NCBI RefSeq assembly: GCF_006345805.1
Contig: NC_043006.1
Location: 62,372,001-62,436,000 of the forward strand
Source: Octopus sinensis
Lineage: Eukaryota
Direction of reading: 5' to 3'
DNA length: 64,000 nt
Shown: piece after piece, positions 1 through 11,356 of the stretch
Layout: every line of letters starts with the position of its first letter
How positions within the stretch are numbered: position 1 is the first letter of the stretch
Notes under the pieces: generated by a model
What the model saw: only the letters and a program-made list of their open reading frames with translations
What the model was told of the DNA's origin: nothing
The model's database searches: none
Translations under genes and position numbers: made by a program

Positions 1-202
1 CTAGTAGATTAACCAGCCACGTAGATGATCCCTAGTAGTAAATGTTTGCTAATAGGAGTATGTATAATGTTATATTATTGTGTGCTAAAATATTCTTGTG
101 TCTATAAGAGGAGGCGAGTAATATTCATAGGACACTAATGTGTGAAACTGAATCTACATACAATAGAAGGTTGTTTTTCCTCACACCATAAGTATTTCTA
201 CA

Positions 203-345
203 TTATTTACATTTGACAAATATTTGTCTTCACCTTGTTTGATGTTATCACAAAGTTTCGGCTGATATACCTTCCAGACTTCATCAGGTGTCTTGGGGAA
301 ATTTCCAGCCTGGGTTCTCCCTCCTTAGGTATTTTCGATGTTGTT
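203..345 (-). mobile_element. Penelope-like pseudo-LTR fragment (family A) with decayed minimal hammerhead motif
   Basis: Minus strand reads GACAC-CTGATGA-A-GTCTG..CAGCC-GAAA-CTTT-GTGAT (core 287-281); colinear with copies at 3560-3743 and 28230-28392. Confidence 0.8.
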
Positions 346-352
346 GTTGTTT

Positions 353-388
<36 letters not shown>

Positions 389-420
389 TATTATTATATT
401 ATTATTATTATTATTATTAT
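346..420. repeat. (ATT)n microsatellite, tail of the adjacent LINE
   Basis: Direct reading. Confidence 0.95.
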
Positions 421-2042
421 TCAGTAGTTTTATTTTTATAGCGTGCTTTCACTTGACTACAGAGCGCAGCTTGTGTGCCTTGGGTATGTGCTGTGATTTG
501 TTGTGATGCTCTGATGGTTATTGTATGGAAAGTGTTCTGCGTAGGATGTGTGCAGTGCCTAGTAGTGCAATTTTCTGTATGTTATATGTTTGTAAGTCCT
601 GGTGTTTTTGTTATGTATTTGTCTGAATATTTTTTTATCATGCCTAATGCACCTACTATGATAGGAATTATTTCTGTTTTAGATTCCACATTCTAGTTAC
701 CTCTATTTCCAGGTCTTTGTATTTTGAGAGTTTTCCATTTCTTTTAGAGACACGTTGTCATCTGCCGGTATTGATACATCAATTAGAAAGCATTTTTTTT
801 CTTCATGATCTCTGACAACTATATTGGTCTGTTGGCCTTAATTTCTCTATCTGTGTGTATCGGCATATCCCAGAGTATGGTGCTTTCTCATTTTCTGTGA
901 CCTTTTCTGGTGTGTGTCTATACCATCTTTTTTCTGTTGTTATTCCATAATGTAGGCATAGCTTCCAATGTATGTAGGTTCCAACTCTGTCATGTCTGTG
1001 AATATATCCTTCTCAGCCAGGACTGGGCAGCTAGAGATAATATGATTTTGTTTCTTGTCCATCTCACATATTCTGCAGTTACTTGTAATATTTCTTTTCA
1101 TTACATGTTTTTGGTAATTCTGGTGGGGAGGCTTTGGTCTTGTGCTGCAATTAAAATCCCTCTGTTTCTGCTTTGAGTCCTGAGCTTCTCAACCATTGCT
1201 GGGATTTTTCTTTATCTATTTCTTTTGCGTTTAGTTTAGTGCAGTATTAACCATGAAGGGGCTTTTCTTGCCATCGTTTTATCATGGTTCGTTGCTGTTC
1301 TATTTTTAGTTTGGATTTCATTTGTTTTATAGCTTTTGTTGTTTCTTCATCATCTTCTTCTTCTTCTTCGTGTTTATTAGGTGGTATGATTTCTTGTTTG
1401 TATTTGTCAGCTTCCTTAAATACTGAGAACAGTTTTTTGTTTTGCTCGTGTTTTGCTGCTATCTGGATCAGTTTTCCTTCCTTCTGAAGTAGATATTTTT
1501 GCAGTCCTATGGTGGTTATTTTATAGTATTTTTCCAGCTGTATAAGGCCTCTACCACCTTCTACGTTGCATATATAGTCTTTCTATGTCAGATTTTGGGT
1601 GATGCATCCTAGATCCTGTCAGTATTTTTCTTGTTTTCCTATCTATTTTGGACAGTTCATTTCGTGTCCAGTTAAGGATATTGTAGCTGTAACTTATAAC
1701 TGGGACAGCTAAAGTGTTGATACCTATTATCTTGTTTTTAACATTGAGCTCTGTTTTTAGTATTGATCTAACTCGTCTATAATATTCTTTTTTTAATTTT
1801 CTCTTCATTTGTGTGTGTTGTGTCTTATCTAGTTCATGGATTCCTAAGTATTTGTAAGTTTGGCTTTGGTCTAATTCTTTTTTTTCATTGTTTTATCTAG
1901 TGTGATGTTGTTACTCTTAACTAGTTTTCCTCTTTTCATGGTTACTTTGGCGCGTTTTTCTAATCCAAATTTCATATCTATTTCTTTGGTAAATCCATGA
2001 ACTGTCTTTAATAGTGTTTCCAGCTTTTGTTGTTTCTTCATC
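421..2042 (-). mobile_element. 5'-truncated Dong/R4-clade non-LTR retrotransposon (RT C-terminus, CCHC finger, restriction-like endonuclease), frameshifted
   Basis: ORF 1551-1808 KKEYYRRVRSILKTELN...WTRNELSKIDRKTRK; downstream ETEGF..AAQDQ and ANRPDI motifs; (AAT)n on both sides; near-identical to 34470-36070. Confidence 0.9.
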
Positions 2043-2101
<59 letters not shown>

Positions 2102-2111
2102 GTTATTATTA

Positions 2112-2188
<77 letters not shown>
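2043..2188. repeat. (ATT)n microsatellite
   Basis: Direct reading. Confidence 0.95.
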
Positions 2189-3185
2189 TTGAGTGGACGG
2201 TATGTTTCGCCTTTGTATAACCTACCACAGCTGCATGGGATAAAGTACATGCAGTTTTTGATCATTCTCTATTGTATTGGTGGTTTTACCCGAAGGAGAT
2301 ATTTGCGAAGTGTTGTATTACACTTGAATGGCGTCCTGATGTCATATGGGCTGCATATCTTTTGAATCTTTTCGGAGAGGCCTTTCACATAGGGTAGACA
2401 GACTATTGACAGTTTATTGGTTTCATCCTCTCTTTTCTTCATAATTGGAGTGGATGGTATGTTTGGGAGGGGGGGTAGATGTTGATTAGTAGATTGTTAC
2501 TGAGCTTGATCATTTCTTCGTGGTGGGTAGCAAGGTCGCTACTTATATTCTTTGCTCGATGTTTTAGGCACTGAGCAATTCCTCTCTTTACTCTGCATGG
2601 ATGATGGGAATTGAAGTTTAGGTATCGTCCAGTGAAGGCCAGCTTTCGGTATACGGATGTCCTGAATCCATAATTGGTGCGTGTTATTAATACGTCCAGG
2701 AATGCTAGTTGATTGTCTTTTTCCTTTTCTATTGTGAACTATATGGATGGCTTTATTTCCTGGGGTGGGGCGGAGAATAAAGGTTTGACCAGCATATTGC
2801 AGCCATAGGGTTGGATTTAGTGATGTTGATCCTAAAGTCAACTTCTCAAAGTATTCCATGTACACATTGGCTATTATCGGTTATAATGGCGAACCCATAG
2901 ATAAACCCTCCCTTGCCGATATATATCAGTGTCCATACTGAAATAGGTAGTTTCTGCACAGAAGGTCAACATTTCCATCAAGTTTCTTATTGGTATACAA
3001 GTGCATTCATTTAGATAGGTCTATGCCACTAGTTTTTCTTGAATCACCGATATTGCTTCACCAGTTGGGACTTTGGTGAAAAGACTTAACACATCTAGAC
3101 CCACCATCTGGTTGGACTCAGAGATGGTATCCTTGATCAATTCTGGGAAGTGGGTGGAATTCTTCACGTATGATGCTGACTTTCC
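2189..3185 (-). mobile_element. Penelope-like element: RT and start of GIY-YIG endonuclease, degenerate
   Basis: ORF 2539-2865 YMEYFEKLTLGSTSLNPTLWLQY..TFIL (PLE RT); ORF 2038-2265 YFIPCSCGRLYKGETYRPLK (GIY-YIG). Confidence 0.85.
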
Positions 3186-3189
3186 TGCT

Positions 3190-3743
3190 AATGTAAATAA
3201 TGTACATAATTCCTCATCTCTTAAATATAGAACTGTATTATCTAATCAGTTCGGAGCCGACATTAGACGTCAATGGAGACATATAGAGAAACTCCATAAA
3301 AAAAATAATAAAAAGAGAACACACATGAAAATACAAAAACTAAAAGAAACAGCACATATGATATGACATATCAACCTCCTAAGCACACCGAGTGCAGATA
3401 TGAATACTATAAAGGGAAATGGTATTAGGGAAGGATAGGAAAATATTAGATTTATAAGCGCTAAAATCCACTCCATAATTACCCACGAGCATATGGCGTA
3501 GTGGTTAATAGCGCATGATTTCGAGTTCAATTCCACTGACCTGAATAATAATAATATTAAAAATAATAATAATAATAACAGCAACAACATCGAAGGCGAA
3601 CCCAGGTTCGAAATTTCCCCAAGATCCCTGATGAAGGCTGGAGGGTATATCAGCCGAAACGTGTTAACAACAAACAAGATGAGAACAAATATCCGACAAA
3701 TATGAATAATGTACATAATTCCTCACCTCTTAAATATAGAACT
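3190..3743 (+). mobile_element. Penelope pseudo-LTR unit (family A): tRNA-like A/B-box cassette, (AAT)n, minimal hammerhead; about 1.1 tandem units
   Basis: 39-bp direct repeat 3196-3234 / 3705-3743 (period 509); A-box TGGCGTAGTGG 3494-3504; B-box-like GAGTTCAATTCC 3523-3534; CTGATGA 3628-3634, stem II GGCTG/CAGCC, GAAA 3656-3659. Confidence 0.8.
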
Positions 3744-4322
3744 ATAACTATTTCTAATTAGATTATTTTTTCCTAGTGCATTAAACATGTTAATACTAAC
3801 TTAACTATTCGTTTTAATTCGCATGGCGTCTTAGTACAATTAACTTCATCAAACCAGTGATTTATGTTCATAAATATCTTAAATATTCATATTGATTCAT
3901 ATGCAATGTTTTACAGCAGTTTACTAATTCTCTCCTCACTACACCGACAAGAAGTCTAACAAGCCCAAGAATGTACGACGTTGTCTCTGCACTTGCCTTA
4001 ATAAGCAACATATACTTAGTAACCCAGTTGATGTCTTTTCATTATCACATAAGTATTTCACATTAGTTGTTTGCTTCTCATTACATTAAATTAGTTTACA
4101 CGAAATGAACTCCAAATGTGTACTACTCAAGAGAGTAAAGTTGATTTAGATTTTGCCGAAGAGGATAAAATTCCATTAATTTTGAAGCACATTCAAACTG
4201 TTTCCATGTTCTCAGCATCTCTTTAATGATTATATCACTAAAATATATATACGAATATATGTGTGCGTATGTATATGTATGTGCATGTATGTGTATATGT
4301 ATGTGTCTATGCGTGCCTGTAC

Positions 4323-4372
<50 letters not shown>

Positions 4373-4395
4373 TAATAATAATAATAATAATAATA

Positions 4396-5446
4396 GAAAC
4401 AAGCACAGAAAAAGCTAGGCGCATGAAAACCCGTGCCAAAACTGCGGCCTTAGATATCTGAATAATAAATGGCAAGAAAACCTCTCTATGGCAAATACCC
4501 AAAGAGAGCGAATAATGCAGATATCGACAAGCCCTGACCCATCAATGGCTAATGCCTCTGTGCTTAAAATCTGAAACAGAGGGGTTTATCATAGCAGCTC
4601 AAGATCAATGCCTACCAACAAGAAACTACCAGGCCAACATATTAAAGATCAGAAGCAGTCCAACGTGTCGTGTATGCAAGCAACAAAATGAAACCATTGA
4701 CCATGTGGTCTCCAAGTGCAGTCTTCTAGCGCCTACAGAGTATCTCAACAGCACGATAGAGCTGCACAATATATTCACTGGGTAATCTGTAAAAACCTGG
4801 ATTTGCCCCATAAAAAAACTGGTGGGAACACAACCACCCCCAGTGCTTGAAAATGACCACATCTCACTCCTCTGGAACTTCACCATTCAAACTGACAGGA
4901 AGATAGATGCAAATAGGCCAGACATCATATTGAAAGACTTCAAACAAAGAACATGCCTCCTCATTGATATGACTGTCCCAATCGATATAAACGTATCTGT
5001 CAGGACCTACCAAAAACTGAGCAAATATAAGATCTTGAAATAGAAATCAGCAAATGTGGAAGCTGAAGACTAAAACAATACCTGTTGTCATAGGTGCCCT
5101 GGGAATGATAGCAAAAGGGGTGATAGCTACCTAACTCAGATACCAGGAAACCCAAAAATGGCAGAAGTTCAAAAGATAGTGCTCATGGGAACTGCTCATA
5201 TCCTATGCAAAATACTCTCTATGTAACCTCAAGGTTTAAAACAACCATAATTTTCGGTTTAAAAAAAAAAAAAAAAAAAAAAAACTTTTTTTTTTTTAGA
5301 CATTCATTAGTACAACATCCCCATCCCCCAAATATATGGCACACTAGGCATAACAACAACATGAACTTCCAACTCTGTTGTCTCTTGAGGTCTCTGGGTG
5401 AGACTTGGAGCCAACTTGTACAAATATAAAGCAAAAGTCAAACATA
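4396..5446 (+). mobile_element. Dong/R4-clade LINE, second subfamily, 3' part (CCHC finger, RLE, 3' UTR)
   Basis: ORFs 4552-4785 (SETEGFIIAAQDQ..CRVC..ETIDHVVSKC) and 4822-5043 (ANRPDIILKD..LLIDMTVP..KLSKYK); (AAT)n at 4325-4395 and 5447-5610. Confidence 0.9.
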
Positions 5447-5559
5447 GAATAATAATAATAATAATAATCATAATAATAATAATAATCATAATAATAATAA
5501 TAATCAAAATCATAATAATAATAATAATCATAATCGTAATAATAATCATAATCATAATC

Positions 5560-5611
<52 letters not shown>

Positions 5612-5664
5612 TAAACAATGTATAAAACGTATATGTATATTCACTAATGAGCAAAAAGAATGTA

Positions 5665-6135
5665 AACGTGGATCGTATGCTTGTAAAGATCAGCTACTTA
5701 TCAATAAGATGATCTTGGAAGATTGTCACAAACGACGCAAAAACGCGTCAATAGCCTGTTTGATAGCCTACTACATACCTAGATTTAAAAATGCCTGGAA
5801 AGGTATAAAATAGCGTTTCGTCTGTAAGTATGAGATCATGGAGAACCACACTGTCTGAATAGTGACTATGAATCTCTAAATACTGTAGATGTAACTTACG
5901 TACGGTTATAAAATGTTTGACAAAAATATAAATCAACTCATTTTCATGGATGCTTTGAAGCTCTTTGCAACTCAAGGGCTTACTAGCGATTGTTAAACAA
6001 TTCAGTGATGACATAAGAATGCAATTTGGTCTCGATAAATGTGCAAAAGCTACCTTTATCAAGGGAAAATGAGAGAAACATCTAAGGTTAACCTTGACCA
6101 GCAGAATGTCATAAAAAGTTAGACCATATTTCACG
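5665..6135 (+). mobile_element. Dong/R4-clade RT fragment, degenerate
   Basis: Translates in pieces to CKDQLLINKMILEDC and VKQFSDDIRMQFGLDKCAKATFIKGK. Confidence 0.7.
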
Positions 6136-6421
6136 ATTTTATGTGAAATTTCCTACTCTGTTATATATATTATACTCGCAGTGGATACATGGTTTTCTTT
6201 TATACAAAATTTAGATTTGTAATGGCTACATAAAGCGATGATGTTCCGTAAAAAGAATCAATGGATTAAGGTGAAAAGCAAAATGAAGAGGATATCACAT
6301 TTTACGACATTCATTCCTGAAACCACTGCCACAAAACAAACAAAATGGATCAAGCATTCAGCAAAAAAGAATATATATATATATATATATATATTTATTT
6401 ATATATATATATATATATATC

Positions 6422-6457
<36 letters not shown>

Positions 6458-6851
6458 TACACGAGAAGAAACCATCCAGATTGTTAGTTTAACTTGCCAG
6501 GCTTACACTATTTATACTTGATATCTTAGTGAACTAATAACTAAAATCATGAAATTCAATATATATATTGCGTGATAAAAAATAAAACTGTTTTAATTAC
6601 TAAACTTTTAAAAGTTTCATGTAATTTATGCCATTATACTGCTTGGGGTTCATGTGTGTAAATCAATAGATTTCACACGTATTTGCGACACAATATATAT
6701 TATGCCTATAGAATATATGTGTATAAAAACTGAGGAACTTGACATAAAAAAAGAAGTTTTATGATAAAGATATGACACATTCACGATATACATTATAATG
6801 AAATGCACTGAGGGACGGGAAAAAAATGGACATTTAGTTTCCTATCAAGTC

Positions 6852-6865
6852 GTTTCCATGGCAAC
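6852..6865. promoter_or_regulatory. RFX X-box (GTTTCCATGGCAAC) with nearby CRE half-site and ETS site
   Basis: Exact match to GTTNCCATGGNAAC; TGACGT at about 6875-6880; CGGAAGTG at 6912-6919. Confidence 0.6.
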
Positions 6866-6940
6866 ATTAATCGATGACGTTTTCTAAATAGAAGCAACAA
6901 AGGTTAATGGACGGAAGTGGGGAGCAAGAAAATTTGGAAC

Positions 6941-6995
6941 ACTCACCTATCTATAAAAACAAAACAAAAAAACTAACAAAAAAATTGAAAATATA
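6941..6995 (-). other. Candidate 4-nt microexon (ATAG) or recursive splice site
   Basis: Minus strand: long U-rich tract ...ttttgtttttatag ATAG gtgagt. Confidence 0.3.
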
Positions 6996-7512
6996 AAAAG
7001 TGGTTAATGGGTTGCGATTTTGCAACTGTCCTTCTATTGTTTATTTTTATTAATAGTATGTTACAAATGGTTTCGACAGAACAAAAAATAAACCAAGTTC
7101 AGAATAACATTTGTAATAGTATTCTGCCGTGACACATCAAAGAGAATAATTCTTGAAAATGTGGAGCTGAAAACGACAATGAAAATCAATTACATTTCGC
7201 AATCAGGCTCAGAGTTTTAACGAAACCACAGTACCATTGCCAATAATTAAAATACGTCACTTCTCTGTGATGGTATGTGAGACCAGTATATCTGATTATA
7301 TTGCTGCTCAATGCAATATCTATATAGATGCATATAACTACATTACGTAATTTATCTATTTTATAAGAATATAAAAATGTAGTGCTAGTGTATCACCCTA
7401 GAGACTCATCGGAGCTTCAAAAATGATGGACAGTTTTAGTAGGGAAAATATATAAATATGTCCGTATACACACAGAAACACAACACTACACAAACATACA
7501 TATAATTATGTT

Positions 7513-7543
<31 letters not shown>

Positions 7544-7544
7544 C

Positions 7545-8085
7545 ATCAGTAGTTCCTAAATTTGAAAGACAAGGTAACTCTGTTATAGACCATTAGAGTA
7601 ATTAGATAAAGGTAGGGTTTCACGTCCTTGGAACGCTTAGCTTTACAGCGTTTCTTCAGACCATAAAAGCCAGCAGCCTATAACCTCCCTTCAAATTGTA
7701 AGGAAAGACTTGGTTGCTAGTTGTTGAAAACTGGAACGATGTAGAGGTGTTAAGCGAATGGGTTTGCTTCCCTTAGACTTATATCCGTAATTGACTGTTA
7801 GTTTGTGCATACCAAGATTTGAGTAGGAATCTTCTGAAAGTTAAGCACGGTCCGAAGGTTTCCGTCCTGGAATTTAAGGTGTTCCTCGGGTCGTGGAATT
7901 CCTTCAATATACTTGATCGTTCAGATGTGAACAACTTACAATGCTTGCACCCGTCGTTGTAGGGGCCCAGGTTTCCTAGGATCTTCCATGAGAAAACGTC
8001 TGAAGATCTTTCATCCTTTAGCTGCCACAAATAGCCGACGGAAGGAAATGGGGCATTGTCTCTCCAGCAAATAATATAAACCTAC
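7545..8085 (-). mobile_element. Penelope-like GIY-YIG C-terminus and 3' region
   Basis: ORF 7779-8030 WQLKDE..FSWKIL..GPYNDGCKHCKL..ERSSIL..LNSRTE matches PLE endonuclease C-termini; CTGAAGA...GAAA motif at about 7660-7618. Confidence 0.75.
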
Positions 8086-8107
8086 ACACACAGATAATAT
8101 TGCAAAT

Positions 8108-8143
<36 letters not shown>

Positions 8144-8799
8144 GAGCAATTTTTGGGATAAGCAAATTTGACACATCAAACATATTAAATATATTAAGTA
8201 AATAAAATTATATATATATATATATAGTAAATAATAAAGTGATTGTTTCTTATCAGGAACAAAATGTTTAATAGGACAGCTGTAGACGTGCTCAATTAAA
8301 TGAGACAAATATATTAAACTATGGTTGCAGAACAAACAAATATAAGGTCATCCACGTAACATTTCATATCTCGAATATTTAATCACATAATGATTTTTCT
8401 TTCGCATAGAATATACATGTATAAAATCACGGAAGATGAAACACAACTCATTAATACAAGCATATAAGAATAACGTGTGAATGCAATCCATCGCGGTTAA
8501 AAGTTAATGATTAATACTTTAGCGACTAAAATATATATATATATTTTAAAAACATTACAACATCTAGAATAATAAATACATAAAAATATAAAGAAATATA
8601 TAAATACATAAAAATATATAACAATACATATATATAGGAAATATATAATATATAAGGTAAGATAAGAGTTCATCGTTTAGAAATTTTTTCGATTAAAATT
8701 TACTTTTCAAGATAAGGGAAACCTATTGTTAAAAGCCAGTGTCCAAGCAAAATAGAAGAAACCATATATACATTACCTATGTCCATTTCAGGGGTACAT

Positions 8800-9230
8800 C
8801 ACCATATTTAATGCACGAGGGTGCATCACGATAATTACTCCTTCGTGAGGGGAAGAATAAAGAAACAGACACCACGTACCAGGGCGAGACCTCCTTAACC
8901 AAACCCAATGCAATATTGTGTGACTTTTTATTAAAGAAGTCATGCTTAAACCAGCCCAAATATTCGAAATTTTAAAAAAATTGAAAATTTTGTATCTAAA
9001 ATCTCCTTCTTCTAAAACACCTAGTTTCCCTCAATATCATTCTAGCTCTCAAGAACAAAAATGTAAAGTTCTTCCCTGAGACGGAAGCTAGTATTATCCG
9101 ATGATGGAATCAATTTACAATGATTATTCTCCACCAGCAACCCCCAGAAAGAGCTCTTGCATTCGTAAAAGTCTTATTCACCCCATTTAATTATTCCGGA
9201 CATCATTTCTGTTCAGGAAGTTGAACCTTT
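8800..9230 (+). mobile_element. Possible very old LINE APE endonuclease remnant
   Basis: Scattered peptides FNARG, QGETSLTKPN, ILALKNKNVKF and TMIILHQQPP in the expected order across frames. Confidence 0.3.
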
Positions 9231-9326
9231 TTCTATGTAAACATATATAATTTTTTTTTATAATGTATTTATTTATTTAATACTTTTGGTATATCAACTT
9301 AACTAACTTGCTTATCCTTACATTTA

Positions 9327-9392
<66 letters not shown>

Positions 9393-9405
9393 ATACGAAG
9401 ATTGA

Positions 9406-9538
9406 AAATTGTGTTACATACAAAATTAAGAGGAATGACCACTAAAGTGGACGCCTAATGTTTTAAACATAGACGGCAAATCCCCATTAACACGCCAAAA
9501 TGTGGTCATTCCTCTAAATATTGTACGTAACACAATTT
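9406..9538. repeat. 37-bp inverted repeat (3 mismatches) with 59-nt spacer
   Basis: 9406-9442 versus the reverse complement of 9502-9538. Confidence 0.85.
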
Positions 9539-9780
9539 ATAATATTCGGATTCATTTAAATATGCTAAGCCACTGGTTTTAATTGATTAATATCAATTTC
9601 TGCCCTAATTATATAATTTTGTGTGTGTGTGTGTGTGATATTAATATATACAGGTGTTGGAAAAACCTAACATCATATCATCATAATTTTGAAATATCAT
9701 AGAAACCAGGAACCTGGGCCCATGAGCCTGGTCAGGCTTGAAAAGGGCGCATAAATAAATAAATAAATAAAATAAAATAA

Positions 9781-9831
<51 letters not shown>

Positions 9832-10392
9832 CACGCACATATGTAGCCGTATACTCAGTAAGCTGGGATATGAACACCTAATTGTATATCTTTAGCCAAC
9901 TCTGTTGACATTCGACTTTTAAATGATATTAAATATGATAATTAATTTCTACTGGCCAGGAATCGAGACAGCTGTTAGACATTATGTCTATTTTTTTATT
10001 AATAAATAATTATTAATTTTCTTTCTTCATATATATATCCATCATATGTTGATGTGAATGTATGAACAGATATCACACTCAAATACACATATATATAAAT
10101 ATATATATATGAGTAGAGAGGTGTCTATGTATAAATGTATACATCAATTCCTCTGTATATTTGTATGTATATATAAATGCAATTTTCTTAGATGTTTTCA
10201 AATTAATTTTGTTTTGTCTAAGAAAGGTCATTATGTCAATGAAAGGCCAGAAATATGGCTTTCAGCGAGTATATATTACTTATAGATATAACGCCTTTAT
10301 TCAGATAATTCAATGCATAATATTCCCGGTTCAATTAATTATATGAATGTGCCACTTTGCTTTAAAATTGTCACTATCATTAATATTATTAC

Positions 10393-10990
10393 TTGAGTGC
10401 CCGTGCCGTCAGAAATGATGGCATGAAAACGATACAGAAAATAAAATTAAAATAAAGATATTACAACCTATAACTCGGTAATTGCTTAATCACTACGTTT
10501 CTAGAGAAAACCCTACCAACAATGAGTTCGTCTTGCTTTGGCTGGTCCGTTTCAATGCTGATTGATTATTCCACCCTTCTCCAGGATGTTATCTCTCTTT
10601 TGATTTCTATCCTTTGTACTGTTTCCTCTTCCGTTTCATCCTGTTGCCTTTGCTATGATCTCATTCTTAGGTATTCTCTCCTCACTGCTGCTGCTCATTT
10701 GTTTCATCTTGGTACTTTTGAGCTGTTCTCTCTCTTTGGAGATCTCTCCTTTTTGTCATTAGGTGCTCCTTTTCATTTTGACGTTTTCGCGCCTGTCTTC
10801 CTGCGTCTTGCACTCGTCTCTCTTCTCTCGCTTCTTGTGATTGATTTAATAAGCTTGTATTGCTTAACCTTCTTGCACCCTGTTCTTCCTCAGTGAGACT
10901 GGCTGGTCCCCGCCTTTGCCTCTCTTTGGCTAACCGTCGCCTTTGTCTGATTCATTCTCCATAGCAGGTGGATGAGTATATTTAATACAA
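10393..10990 (-). mobile_element. Helitron-like fragment: STPR-type charged repeats and possible 3' hairpin
   Basis: Frameshifted peptides RRRLAKERQRR..SLTEEEQGARRL and QRQQDETEEETVQRIE; hairpin GCCATCA-TTTC-TGACGGC followed by ACGGGCACTCAAG near 10400. Confidence 0.45.
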
Positions 10991-11159
10991 CGGAATACAA
11001 ACTTCAAACCAAATGAGTATATTTATGTGTGTTTGTGTGTCTGAGTGTGTGTCTACGTTAGTTTGTTTATATTTGTATAGGCAACCATAAAATTCCAAAA
11101 AAAACAGGATTACATTAACGGCATACACAGAGGGACTTACTATTTTTTCCAGCAACGCC

Positions 11160-11356
11160 TACTCGTTCTCTCTCTCTCTCGCTCTCTCTATTTCTTTCTC
11201 TCTGTCTGTCTGTCTGTCTCTCTCTATCTCTGTCTCTCGCACTCACTCTCACTCTCTTTACTGTTTGAAACGGAAAATGACCTTAAAGACAAACTTCACC
11301 GCCTTGCCAAAATCCTTCATTCATAAATATTTACAAACATCACTCTAACGGTAAGT
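11160..11356 (+). other. (CT)n tract followed by candidate non-coding exon ending at a donor
   Basis: ACG|GTAAGT at 11350/11351, about 90 nt after a long CT tract. Confidence 0.25.

Noticed and set aside
2014-2365. Poly-I/poly-Y ORFs, and similar ones at 235, 4261, 5307, 34144, 41388
   Set aside because: Translations of (ATT)n/(AAT)n microsatellites.
5260-5297. A25-C-T13 hairpin
   Set aside because: Homopolymer expansion in a LINE 3' UTR.
9700-9750. CCCATGA-GCCTG/CAGGC-TT-GAAA hammerhead look-alike
   Set aside because: Two core substitutions, an insertion and no stem I.
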